Source: Bacillota bacterium (GTDB lineage: Bacteria > Bacillota > SHA-98 > UBA4971). From it: a stretch of DNA of 64,000 bases. The stretch covers positions 6,789 to 70,788 of the forward strand of contig DAOSZN010000011.1 of the NCBI GenBank assembly GCA_035593725.1. The letters run 5' to 3'. The first letter of the stretch is position 1. Each line of letters starts with the position of its first letter. Made by a program: the position numbers and the translations under genes. Shown piece by piece: positions 9,375 to 18,684 of this stretch. The notes under the pieces are model-generated. The model had not been told where the DNA came from, searched no databases, and was given only the letters and a program-made list of their open reading frames with translations.

Positions 9375-10172
9375 TTAGCTGCGCCCTAACCTGTCAATGA
9401 AACGGAGTACAGAGTTTCCGTCAATGGCTTTTGAAAGGGAACGTCGTTCCGAGTAGATATGGACCAAGATAAGGAATAGGAGCGCCAAGGCCTTCACAAA
9501 GACCGCAAGACGCGACGCGATCCAATAACCAAGCGCTGCTCCCAGTGGATTTGCGCCTGCGTCTCCCATCATACATTCCTCGCTCAACTCATCATTTAGC
9601 GCTGCCAGTACGCCTCCGGCAAGCCCTACAGAAACCAGTCCGGCAGATGAATGATAGTCACCCAAAAGAAGCAGTGCCAAGATTATGGAAAAAGCCTTAA
9701 TTGAACGGAGGGGCCGAAGGTCCAAGAGATTCATGAAGTTTGCAGCAAGACTTATTAAGGTGGCGTCAAAAACAAGTATGAACAAGGGCTTTGCGCCCCT
9801 TGAAACTGTGACGGAGACGAAAGCAAGGGACCATATGATCACAGCTTTAAGCAACCCTGTTGTCATTTGTCGCTCTTTTACGGAGGTTTTCACATGGCCG
9901 ATTAAGCCCCTGGATGCATCTGAGCTGCATACATCGTCAATAAGGCCTACAAGTGAAGAGCCTACCACCAATAGAAGGCATAAAAGAGCGCTCTGCGCTT
10001 TTAAGCTGGTGAATCCGTACAAAACTACGGCAATCATAGCAGCGAAGGAAGCGGAAGTGACGAAGATAACCCCTGCTGAAGTCGGAATTTGCTTGCCTGA
10101 ATAATTCTTGCGAACCAGTCCGGATAAGCCCAGCAATCTTAGGATTGGTTTTTTCATGAATCCGGCAAGCAA
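9375..10172 (-). CDS. Short MraY/WecA-like (GT4-family) polyprenyl-phosphate sugar-1-phosphate transferase, multi-TM
   Basis: Several TM helices; LIDDVCSSD (DDxxD-like); NFMNLLD (NxxNxxD-like); MMGDAGANPLG resembling the MraY/WecA FMGDxGS motif; only 265 aa. Confidence 0.5.
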   Translation of the reverse strand: MLAGFMKKPILRLLGLSGLVRKNYSGKQIPTSAGVIFVTSASFAAMIAVVLYGFTSLKAQSALLCLLLVVGSSLVGLIDDVCSSDASRGLIGHVKTSVKERQMTTGLLKAVIIWSLAFVSVTVSRGAKPLFILVFDATLISLAANFMNLLDLRPLRSIKAFSIILALLLLGDYHSSAGLVSVGLAGGVLAALNDELSEECMMGDAGANPLGAALGYWIASRLAVFVKALALLFLILVHIYSERRSLSKAIDGNSVLRFIDRLGRS

Positions 10173-10250
10173 AAATGAGATAATGCCGCATGTGAGTAAA
10201 TCCGTGGAGATTTCTCCTTATGTTCCAAGTTTACACTCTAAATAGCCTGT

Positions 10251-10967
10251 TTAGTTGACACATCTTTCAGCGACAGCCTTCGCAACCCAGTAAAACTGGT
10301 GTGCTCTATGGGAAAACCCTGCTAAATTCCACCCTGTGACTCTATGTGCCATTTCACAGTCGACCTCGAGAATCCGCAAGCCTTGACGCAACGCGTCAAT
10401 AGTAAGACCAACTTCTACTCCGAAACCCGGTGCAAAAGGCATAAGTCTGAGGAAGATAGGGCGTCTTGCGGCTCTCTGTCCGGAAAGAATTGAAGTCAAC
10501 TCACTTTTGCAAAGCCGCCTTACACCCCAATAGGCTGTTGATTTCACAATGCCGAGACCTCTGGGCCTGACGTTGGGAAGCTGCGGAAAACGCGCGACAG
10601 TCATATCAGCTTCGCAAGTCGCAATAGGTTCAATTAGCCTCGCAATCTCCCTCGCGGTTTCACCTATGTCAGCATCCAGAAAGACCACGATATCTCCTTG
10701 GGATTTCAGAGTTCCTTGCATTAGAGCAGCTCCCTTCCCCGCCCTTCGAGGCATCGGAATCACCGTGGCGCCTGCAGTTTGAGCTTTTCTTAGCGTGTCA
10801 TCCCGGGAACAGTCGTCAACTACAATCACCTCGCCTACCTCAGAGGATGGTTGTGTCAATGCCAAGACTGTTGAGGTTATTCTCTCTTCTTCGTTGTAAG
10901 CTGGGATGACTACTGAGATCATCATAGACTCGTCAGTCTCCGTCAATAATGTTGGCAAGCTGCTCAA
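10251..10967 (-). CDS. Family 2 glycosyltransferase (dolichyl/polyprenyl-phosphate sugar synthase-like)
   Basis: ISVVIPAYNEEERI, VIVVDDCSRDDT, FLDADI (DxD); TTG start at 10967 overlaps upstream gene, alternative ATG at 10925. Confidence 0.8.
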   Translation of the reverse strand: MSSLPTLLTETDESMMISVVIPAYNEEERITSTVLALTQPSSEVGEVIVVDDCSRDDTLRKAQTAGATVIPMPRRAGKGAALMQGTLKSQGDIVVFLDADIGETAREIARLIEPIATCEADMTVARFPQLPNVRPRGLGIVKSTAYWGVRRLCKSELTSILSGQRAARRPIFLRLMPFAPGFGVEVGLTIDALRQGLRILEVDCEMAHRVTGWNLAGFSHRAHQFYWVAKAVAERCVN

Positions 10968-11775
10968 TTAGGGCAAAACGCCCCATCGGGGTATCCACCT
11001 GCTCTATTGTGGGTATGTCCTGACGTTGATATTCAGTAATGAAAGAAAAGTCCGCATTTCTCGATTCGGCAATAACAGCAGGCATACCTAGTTCTTGAAA
11101 GGCTTTAACAAGGGGGATATCCGTGTAGATAGGCGTATGGGCAGGATCTCTGCTGCCTCCGGCGATTATGACTGCATCGCATATCGCTGTCTCGAAAAGG
11201 TCTATCTCGAGATACTCAGTTCGTAAGAGAGTATCAATTTCAGGCGAATACGAAGTTTTATCTTGAACAACCAGTGCAGCAACAGAATCAGCGAGTTTTT
11301 GCCCTACCGTGCCACAGGAAGGCTTGCTAATACCGTAGACCGCGCCGAGCTCTTTAGCGTCTTCAGAGGTGACGGGTTCAAGTCGTTTTGTTACATAGAC
11401 TACCTGGGTCACTCTTGCGCCTGCGTCTCTCAGCGAAGCTGTCACAGTAGCGGTTTCTTCATGTGACAATCCTTGACCTGGCACTACCATAGCTATACGC
11501 TTTCCGTCCAGCCTACCGCAAATGAGTTTTGTCAGCGCCATTTCTCCGAAGGCTATCGAGTTTTCCAGCAAAGACTCGGTTCCTACAAGTTTTGCGTAAA
11601 GTGCTTCACGGTCTTTTCGAATCAAGGTGAATTCCGATTCAATTCTGTCAATGAGCGTTTGCTGATGCCTCACCAAGGTATCATCTTTTACTATGATGCT
11701 TCCTAGGAAGATTCCCAGACCTAATGCGAAGAATATCGCTACGGTCGAAGCAATATGGTGCCTGAAAGTTATCAT
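10933..11775 (-). CDS. MctB-family (SteB-like) membrane protein
   Basis: N-terminal TM (IASTVAIFFALGLGIFLGSII) plus extracytoplasmic domain of the MctB family architecture; start 11775 after AAGGAGAG; sits between steA-like gene and GT2. Confidence 0.6.
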   Translation of the reverse strand: MITFRHHIASTVAIFFALGLGIFLGSIIVKDDTLVRHQQTLIDRIESEFTLIRKDREALYAKLVGTESLLENSIAFGEMALTKLICGRLDGKRIAMVVPGQGLSHEETATVTASLRDAGARVTQVVYVTKRLEPVTSEDAKELGAVYGISKPSCGTVGQKLADSVAALVVQDKTSYSPEIDTLLRTEYLEIDLFETAICDAVIIAGGSRDPAHTPIYTDIPLVKAFQELGMPAVIAESRNADFSFITEYQRQDIPTIEQVDTPMGRFALIEQLANIIDGD

Positions 11776-11806
11776 TCTCTGCGCGCTCTCCTTATGCCCC
11801 TTTCTG

Positions 11807-12931
11807 TCAAACAGGCCAGGTTGCAAGCTTCAATTGCATAATGATGAGCCTCAGAAACTGCCTTATGATTTGGGACGCCGCTACACTGGTGGAGAGCGGA
11901 ATAAGGCCGGCCAAGGCTACCTTGGCGACATCCTTGCCATGCGCGTTCCTATAAAGCTTGCTTATGCCTTTTGCGTCAATAAGGACTGACCCCACTTTCA
12001 TTCGTACAAGAAAAGTGCTTGCCATTCCTTTACGCCCTTTGTCGAGAAAATCTTCGACTGACGAATGGCCTCCCACAATTACGATGAGTTCAGCGCCTTT
12101 CTCGTAGGCAAGCAGGAGTGCCAGGTCTTCACTGATCCCGGGGGCTTGACATTCCACTGCCTCAAGTCCGAGCTGCTTTAACCTGTCTCTTCCCGGGGAT
12201 TCCCCATTGGGGTAAACGTGCACCAGAAGCTCAGAACCGTGTTTTAATGCCCGGTCGCTTGCGCTGTCCATGTCCCCTATGATGATATGCGGTGCGATAC
12301 CTAAACGCAAAAGCGTATCTGCAGCCCCGTCCACAGCGATGACAACAGGCCTCATTTCATCAATGTAAGGCCTGATTGCCCTAAGATCGTCATAGTATCC
12401 CCGTCCCCTCGCCACGACAAGGACATGTTTCTTGGCAATCTTTGTGCGAATGCGTGGGAAGCTGATGTCTCTTAAGATAATCGATCTTTCTTGCTTTGCA
12501 TGTTCTATTGTGTTGAGAATGAATGCGTCAACGTGGTCAGATAGGCATGTTCTCGCCTCTTTCAATTTCTCCAAGACTTCGGCTTTGGTGACAATTATTC
12601 CTTGACAAACCGGCCTTCCGTTCTTCATTAATGTGTTGCCGGAGATCTCCACAATCTCCCCGTCCCTCACAGTTTCCATCACCTTAGGTCCTACACGATC
12701 TAACAAACAAATCCCGGCATCGCATAGATGAAGCGGGCCAGGATTGTAATACTTGCCTGTAATGGAAGCTTTAACGTTGACGACTCCTCGAACCCCTGCT
12801 TGTATCAGCGCATCACAAGCTACCTGATCGATATCTTCGTGATCCAGAATTGCGATTTCCCCTCGACATACGCGAGAGATAAGGCTTTTCGTTCTTCTGT
12901 CCAGTCTCGCTACGCCCTTGACCTTCATCAA
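11807..12931 (-). CDS. steA: SteA-like putative cytokinetic ring protein (thiamine pyrophosphokinase catalytic-like domain)
   Basis: TPK-like motif VIAVDGAADTLL...PHIIIGDMDS; about 370 aa; paired with MctB-family gene as in actinobacterial steA loci. Confidence 0.6.
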   Translation of the reverse strand: MMKVKGVARLDRRTKSLISRVCRGEIAILDHEDIDQVACDALIQAGVRGVVNVKASITGKYYNPGPLHLCDAGICLLDRVGPKVMETVRDGEIVEISGNTLMKNGRPVCQGIIVTKAEVLEKLKEARTCLSDHVDAFILNTIEHAKQERSIILRDISFPRIRTKIAKKHVLVVARGRGYYDDLRAIRPYIDEMRPVVIAVDGAADTLLRLGIAPHIIIGDMDSASDRALKHGSELLVHVYPNGESPGRDRLKQLGLEAVECQAPGISEDLALLLAYEKGAELIVIVGGHSSVEDFLDKGRKGMASTFLVRMKVGSVLIDAKGISKLYRNAHGKDVAKVALAGLIPLSTSVAASQIIRQFLRLIIMQLKLATWPV

Positions 12932-13091
12932 GTCACCCTTTGAAGGCCCTGGCGATGCCCTTCCTACGCTGCTACCTCCGGTTGGTCTCCTTCATAGATA
13001 GTATGTATTACCTGAAACTTTATCATTCCATCGTGTATCCGGATCCGACTTTGGATAAATCACTCAATTATGAGAACGTTGGGAAATGAAC

Positions 13092-13874
13092 CTAACTTGC
13101 TCTGATATCAAGGCGAATCTTATCAGCTATTCTGGCAATAAAAGCAGAGTTTGTGGGTTTTCCTTTTTCGCTGCTGACTGTGTATCCAAATAAGCTGTTT
13201 AAGAGTTCGATATTTCCTCTGGTCCAAGCGATTTCTATCGCATGTCTGATAGCCCGTTCCACTCTTGCTGCGGTAGTATCAAATATCTCAGCTACGCGCG
13301 GATACAGTTCCTTCGTGACACTGTTTAAGAGGGTAGGTTCACCTATTACAAGGATGATCGCTTCTCTGATGTAAGTGTAACCCCTGATATTCGCAGGAAT
13401 TCCCATATCATGGATAAGTCTTGTCACCTCTGAATGAAGATCCCTTGGGGGAGGAACGTAGTCTACTGTCTTTCTTCCTTTAATTTCTTGTGGTGACGAC
13501 ATTACTTGGCGTATCCTGTCTGCCAATGTTTGAACGTCAAAGGGTTTTACAACGTAGTAGTCTGCTCCCATCTCAGTAAGTTGCTGTATTATTCGCTCTT
13601 GGCCCAGGGCAGTGAGAACCACGAATCTTGGCTGATGGTTTGAATGCTGTTCAGAAAGGCGCTCAAGCACTCCCACACCGTCCAAGTGAGGCATGATAAT
13701 GTCAAGAACCACAACATCAGGCTCCAACTCTGATATCTTCCTTAGAGCCTCAATGCCGTCATATGCCACCCCAACCACTGACATATCAGACTGTGAATTA
13801 AGAAATCCTTTTAAGAGATCACACAAATCATGGTTATCATCAACTATTAGAACACGTGTAGCGCCCTGTCCCAT
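13092..13874 (-). CDS. spo0A: Stage 0 sporulation protein A (response regulator, Spo0A_C DNA-binding domain)
   Basis: Receiver domain (RVLIVDDN...VLDIIMPHLDG) and the Spo0A-specific C-terminal domain (IHDMGIPANIRGYTYIREAI); ATG at 13874 (MGQGATRV) preferred over ORF start 13946. Confidence 0.93.
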   Translation of the reverse strand: MGQGATRVLIVDDNHDLCDLLKGFLNSQSDMSVVGVAYDGIEALRKISELEPDVVVLDIIMPHLDGVGVLERLSEQHSNHQPRFVVLTALGQERIIQQLTEMGADYYVVKPFDVQTLADRIRQVMSSPQEIKGRKTVDYVPPPRDLHSEVTRLIHDMGIPANIRGYTYIREAIILVIGEPTLLNSVTKELYPRVAEIFDTTAARVERAIRHAIEIAWTRGNIELLNSLFGYTVSSEKGKPTNSAFIARIADKIRLDIRAS

Positions 13875-13912
13875 GATACCACCCCAATCAATACTCCTTG
13901 GATTAGAGACTG

Positions 13913-13919
13913 TGTCGAC
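13913..13919. promoter_or_regulatory. 0A-box-like heptamer TGTCGAC (6/7 to TGTCGAA) in the spo0A leader
   Basis: Between the candidate sigma-H promoter and the spo0A start; matches the Spo0A-box only if start 13874 is correct. Confidence 0.25.
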
Positions 13920-13937
13920 TTCCCTGACGCCGTATGA

Positions 13938-13963
13938 ATTCGCCATCTCATAGCGAACTCCTC
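13938..13963 (-). promoter_or_regulatory. Candidate sigma-H type promoter in the spoIVB-spo0A intergenic region (GAGGAGTT-N11-GGCGAAT)
   Basis: Minus strand -35-like GAGGAGTT (RAGGAWWT), 11-nt spacer, -10-like GGCGAAT (RNNGAAT), about 65 nt upstream of the proposed spo0A ATG. Confidence 0.3.
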
Positions 13964-14012
13964 CTGAATTGCCAAAAATCCCACAATTGTCTTAACCTAC
14001 TGTGTAATGAGA

Positions 14013-15386
14013 CTATCGTGATAATGCCGGTTGATCCAAGATTCCTAAGTATTCATCCTGAGGCAGCATGAAACCTGCGTCTCGCACAAGCCACTCAGCA
14101 AGAACGCCGTATCCTCTCGTCTGATCTGATACAAACACATGGGTCAATACGCCTGCCAGCTTGTTGTTTTGGATGATGGGACTGCCTGACATGCCTTGCA
14201 CTATGCCACCGGTCATTGACAGTAGGCGCGGATCAGTGACTCGAACCACTAATCCTTTGATTTGAGGGCTTGTTTGGCGTGTTACCCGCTGAATTTCCAC
14301 CTGAAATTGCTCTATTCTGTCTTCTTGTAAGACTGTATAAAGGTAGGCAGGGCCGGGCACAACTTCGTCTGCAAGGGCTACGGGAATCGGTTCCGAAAAA
14401 TGAGGATTGACAGGCTTAGTATTGAGTCTGCCGAAAATACCGAATTTTGTATTACGCTCTATTGTTCCGATTATGTCTTCTTCTCCGCTGAAACTACCTA
14501 TTTTCTCTCCTGGCTGGCCATGGCTGCCCTGGTGAATACCGAGAATTTGAGCGGTAACTATCATGCCGCTGGTTACATCCATCTCCCTATTGGTAGAGAC
14601 ATCTGTAATTACGTGCCCTAGTGCACAGTAAAGACCTGATGTAGGATGGTAAAAAGACAGAGTGCCTACGCCGGCGGCATTTTCTCGAACCCATATGCCC
14701 AATCTATAATAGGTTTCCTTTTCGCCTATGGATACCTCAGCCTCATCGGACAGGCTTTCATCATAGACAGGAACCGGCTTCAGCCTCACCGTAATTTTCT
14801 TGGAATTGCGTAGGATGTTGAGTTCTGCTTGCCTACCGCTTCTGCCGATGTCGTCTATTGTGCGTTCTACCTGCGATTTGCTGTTGATAGCTTGTCCATT
14901 GATGCGAAGAATAACATCTCCAACCTCTATACCTGCTTCACGTGCAGGATAGTGCCAGCTGCCGTCAGGCCCGATTATGGGATAATGCCCTATCACCACG
15001 ACGCCTCCGGAAGGCAGCAGAACCCCAATGGAGTGGCCTCCGGGAAACACCCGGACCTCCGGAACCACGCTGACAATCATTCGCTTGAGTGGGATCAAAT
15101 CCCAGAGACGCACTTCGAGGCTGCTTTCGCCTTGACTTAAGGAAACAAGCTTTACTCCGCCGTTAAAAGGTAAGAGCTCCAGGCCTGAGGTGGTTGTGCG
15201 TAAGTCAAGGGGCCGGCCTAGTTGAATCTCCTTGGTATTCCCTTCAATAAGTGTGATTCTGCCCGGTATTCCGCCAACGGTGAGGAAATAAGCAGCAAGA
15301 CATACCAGTGCAAGCACTATGAATCTCTGGATAAGTTGAATTCCAAAATGCGGATTTTTCTTATTCGGCGGTTGATGCAGCCCCAA
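14013..15386 (-). CDS. spoIVB: SpoIVB stage IV sporulation serine peptidase (PDZ + S55 domain)
   Basis: PDZ segment (GIEVGDVILRINGQAINS) and S55 catalytic region (GTLSFYHPTSGLYCALGH); classic position immediately upstream of spo0A. Confidence 0.9.
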   Translation of the reverse strand: MGLHQPPNKKNPHFGIQLIQRFIVLALVCLAAYFLTVGGIPGRITLIEGNTKEIQLGRPLDLRTTTSGLELLPFNGGVKLVSLSQGESSLEVRLWDLIPLKRMIVSVVPEVRVFPGGHSIGVLLPSGGVVVIGHYPIIGPDGSWHYPAREAGIEVGDVILRINGQAINSKSQVERTIDDIGRSGRQAELNILRNSKKITVRLKPVPVYDESLSDEAEVSIGEKETYYRLGIWVRENAAGVGTLSFYHPTSGLYCALGHVITDVSTNREMDVTSGMIVTAQILGIHQGSHGQPGEKIGSFSGEEDIIGTIERNTKFGIFGRLNTKPVNPHFSEPIPVALADEVVPGPAYLYTVLQEDRIEQFQVEIQRVTRQTSPQIKGLVVRVTDPRLLSMTGGIVQGMSGSPIIQNNKLAGVLTHVFVSDQTRGYGVLAEWLVRDAGFMLPQDEYLGILDQPALSR

Positions 15387-15602
15387 ACCTCATCTACCCC
15401 TAACACAACATGAATCAACGTAAGTAATGACAGCCCTATACAGTGTTAAGGAGACTGCTTTCCGCGCCTCCTTAACTCGTAAGTCGTAAGTTCCGACATT
15501 ACCCTGCCCGTAATTGCTGTTTTTATGCCGTTCAAACTTTTCATGGGGTGTTGCAGGTTGCAAACTAAGACAAGGGTGGGCTAAACTGTAATGAAATGAT
15601 AA

Positions 15603-16979
15603 TTAGCGTCTTATCAAGCGAGCTATGAAAAAGCCGTCAATCCGATGGATATGAGGATAAGTATTCACGTATGGCTTCCCCTGTTCCTGAAAGGCTGTTT
15701 TGAATCCGACTGGAAGATAAGGTTGAACATTTTCCACTGAAAACTCAGGATGTTCCGAGACGAAATCAGATATCAGCTCTGAGTTCTCCTCCGGCTCAAT
15801 ACTGCAGGTGCTGAAGACTAAAACTCCGCCTGATTTTACCTGATGTGCTGCAGATTCCAGGAGTTCCCTCTGGAGGACTACGAGGCGTTCTAAGTCTTCC
15901 TCCGTCCTTTGCCATCTGAGATCCGCTCGTCGCCTGAGAACGCCTGTTCCTGAACAAGGCGCATCTAAGAGCACTTTATCAAACTCTATAGCCTTAATAT
16001 CCTCAGGCAAGTTGCGGCTGTCACACAGTACGGGTCTGACTGAGGAGATTCCCAGTCGTTCAAGATTGCTCTTAATGAATTCCAATCGATGGTCATAGGC
16101 ATCACACGCTATAATCTTGCCTCTATCTTCCATAAGTTGTGCTATGTGGGTAGTCTTGCCACCGGGAGCTGCTGCTACATCCAGCACACACTCATTCGGC
16201 TCAGGCGCAAGCGCGTGTGCTACCAGCATGGACGCTATGTCTTGGGCAAAAAACATACCTTTTAAATATAACTCATGGCCGAACAGGTTTCCTGTATTTC
16301 GGACTTCTATCCCTTCGTCAACCAGATGAGACGGATGCGCCTCAAAACCTCCTAGGCCAAGTTCCTTAACGAGCGCATCTCTTGTGGTTTTTAGGGTGTT
16401 AGTCCTGACAGTCAGCGGAGCTTCTTCGTTGTTAGCCTGACAAAGCCTTATAGTCTCCTCATCTCCGAATCTCTTGATCCATCTGGATACTAACCATTCG
16501 GGATGAGAATACTTCAGTGATATGTACGACACCTCATCGTAAACAGGGTCGGGAAACCGGATTGCATCCGGCTTTCTTAGAAAAGACCTGAGAACTGCGT
16601 TGACAAACCCTGCACTGCCGATGTGGGCATACTTCTTTGCCAAGGCAACGGATTCCGAAACCGCTGCATGTTTTGGAATCCGCTCCAGGTAGGAAATCTG
16701 ATATACACCAAGTCTAAGTGTATTCCTTGTAACGGGATCCATTTTCCGAACAGGCCTTGTTGAAAAAGTTTCAATGATATGGTCAATAGTCTTTCTGTGC
16801 TTTGTGACCCCAAGAATCAGTTCTGTACAAAAGGCGCGATCTCGTAATGCGAGATCGCCGGAGTCTAAGATTCGGTTTCTTGCCTGCCGGGCATAGGAAT
16901 CCTTTTCGTCAATTTCTATTAATGCCCGGAGCGCAGACTCTCTCGCACTTTCCGGACTTGCCATCATGACGCCTCCCAA
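15603..16979 (-). CDS. rsmB: 16S rRNA (cytosine967-C5)-methyltransferase RsmB/Sun (NusB + MTase domains)
   Basis: NusB-like N-terminus; SAM MTase motifs (LDVAAAPGGKT, DAPCSGTG); def-fmt-rsmB synteny. Confidence 0.9.
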   Translation of the reverse strand: MGGVMMASPESARESALRALIEIDEKDSYARQARNRILDSGDLALRDRAFCTELILGVTKHRKTIDHIIETFSTRPVRKMDPVTRNTLRLGVYQISYLERIPKHAAVSESVALAKKYAHIGSAGFVNAVLRSFLRKPDAIRFPDPVYDEVSYISLKYSHPEWLVSRWIKRFGDEETIRLCQANNEEAPLTVRTNTLKTTRDALVKELGLGGFEAHPSHLVDEGIEVRNTGNLFGHELYLKGMFFAQDIASMLVAHALAPEPNECVLDVAAAPGGKTTHIAQLMEDRGKIIACDAYDHRLEFIKSNLERLGISSVRPVLCDSRNLPEDIKAIEFDKVLLDAPCSGTGVLRRRADLRWQRTEEDLERLVVLQRELLESAAHQVKSGGVLVFSTCSIEPEENSELISDFVSEHPEFSVENVQPYLPVGFKTAFQEQGKPYVNTYPHIHRIDGFFIARLIRR

Positions 16980-16991
16980 GAGGAAGCCTGA

Positions 16992-17684
16992 CTACTCGCG
17001 TCTGTTCCCTCGTAGTATCAACAATCTAAGCAGTTGAGTCAAGGCTACGGCAGTTGCTGCCAGATATGTCATACCTGCTGCATTTAAGACTTCCTTAGTT
17101 TTAGGAAGCTCGTCTTGGGTAATATATCCGCCTTGAGCAAGTAAGGCCAAAGCCCTTCTACTGGCATCATACTCGACAGGAAGAGTAACAATGGAGAACG
17201 TGACCGCTGCAATGAAAAGCCAGATCCCCAGTGTCATTAACCAGCTTAAGCCTACTTCAGAAAAAACCAATCCTATCATGAACAGTGGAAAAGCGAGTTT
17301 GGAACCAAAGGACGCAACAGGCACAAGACTGGACCTTATAGCTAGCGGTACATAGTTTTCATCGTGCTGAATGGCATGGCCTGCTTCGTGAGCAGCCACC
17401 CCAAGAGCGGCCAATGAATTGCTTCCATAGACCTGTGGCGACAGCCTGAGGATTTTCACACGGGGGTCGTAGTGATCCTGAAGCATACCTGGAATCTGCT
17501 GAATTTTGACATGGCTAAGTCCGCTTCTGTCAAGTATGTCCCGGGCTACTTCCGCGCCTGTCGCTCCGCTCTTTGCCCGTACTCTTGAGTAAGAGTTAAA
17601 TGCCCTTTGCACCCGCGCTTGCGCCCACATGGCAAACAATAATGCAGGAAATATCAGGATATATGTCGGGTCATAGAAGAACAT
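16992..17684 (-). CDS. Membrane zinc metallopeptidase (YugP-like, HExxH)
   Basis: VAAHEAGHAIQH zinc motif; TM segments; conserved between fmt and rsmB in Firmicutes. Confidence 0.75.
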   Translation of the reverse strand: MFFYDPTYILIFPALLFAMWAQARVQRAFNSYSRVRAKSGATGAEVARDILDRSGLSHVKIQQIPGMLQDHYDPRVKILRLSPQVYGSNSLAALGVAAHEAGHAIQHDENYVPLAIRSSLVPVASFGSKLAFPLFMIGLVFSEVGLSWLMTLGIWLFIAAVTFSIVTLPVEYDASRRALALLAQGGYITQDELPKTKEVLNAAGMTYLAATAVALTQLLRLLILRGNRRE

Positions 17685-17733
17685 CGACCCATCCCTCCTT
17701 TATACAAAGTAATATTTAATGATCCGAAAAGCC

Positions 17734-18684
17734 CTACTTACCTAGAACGTCGCCTACTTGTATAGGGTTCCCACATAAATAGTCCCCTATTGTTAAACGC
17801 TTGCTCCCCTCACACTGAACTTCCTGAATCAGATAGTACCCTTTGCCTGTTGCCACCTGAAGACATTCAGGATGCAACAGGCATACTTCGCCTGGCAGAG
17901 GCCTTCCGGTAGAAATTATTTCACTTTCATCCTTGGAAACTTTACCACGGAATATCTTGAATCTTTTCCCTTTAAGATAAGTAAACGCGCCTGGGCGTGG
18001 ATTGCCTGCCCTGATCAAGTTATGAATGACTGAGGCAGGTTTCGTCCAGTTTATTTGAAATTCATCCCGTCCTAACTTAGGGGCATATGTAGCGGCCCTT
18101 TCATCCTGCGGGATCCTTGGAGCAACACCGGATCCGATGAGTTGCAGAGTCTCGACGAGCAACTTGGCGCCCCGATGTGACAGTTCCAAACTCAATTCGC
18201 CACAGGTCGCATCTTCCGGGATTTCTACTTTCTCCTGCAAAATGATATCCCCGGTATCCCAACCTTCTGCCATATACATTGTGGTTACGCCGGTTTCTTT
18301 TTCTCCCGCCATTATCGCGCGTTCAATAGGCGCAGCCCCCCGATACTTTGGCAGTAAAGACGCATGGACATTAATACATCCTTTTGGAGGAATATCCAAA
18401 ATTCTCTTTGGAATAAGCAGACCATAGGCGACAACTACGATTACGTCAGGTTGAGCTTGTTCCAGTATATCATCAACTTCTTGCCCTCTCAGAGATTGAG
18501 GCGTCCGGACAGGAATCCTCCGCTCTTCTGCGAAGGCTTTAACCGGCGTAGGAAGACAGCGCCTCCCCCTTGATCTGGGGCGATCCGGTTGAGTGAAAAC
18601 ACAAGGCACGTGATACCCTGATGACAAGAGCGCTTCAAGATGGGGTACGGCAAATTCCGGACTTCCCATGAAGACTACCTTCAT
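17734..18684 (-). CDS. fmt: Methionyl-tRNA formyltransferase
   Basis: MKVVFMGSPEFAVP... formyltransferase N- and C-domains; overlaps def by 4 nt. Confidence 0.93.
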   Translation of the reverse strand: MKVVFMGSPEFAVPHLEALLSSGYHVPCVFTQPDRPRSRGRRCLPTPVKAFAEERRIPVRTPQSLRGQEVDDILEQAQPDVIVVVAYGLLIPKRILDIPPKGCINVHASLLPKYRGAAPIERAIMAGEKETGVTTMYMAEGWDTGDIILQEKVEIPEDATCGELSLELSHRGAKLLVETLQLIGSGVAPRIPQDERAATYAPKLGRDEFQINWTKPASVIHNLIRAGNPRPGAFTYLKGKRFKIFRGKVSKDESEIISTGRPLPGEVCLLHPECLQVATGKGYYLIQEVQCEGSKRLTIGDYLCGNPIQVGDVLGK

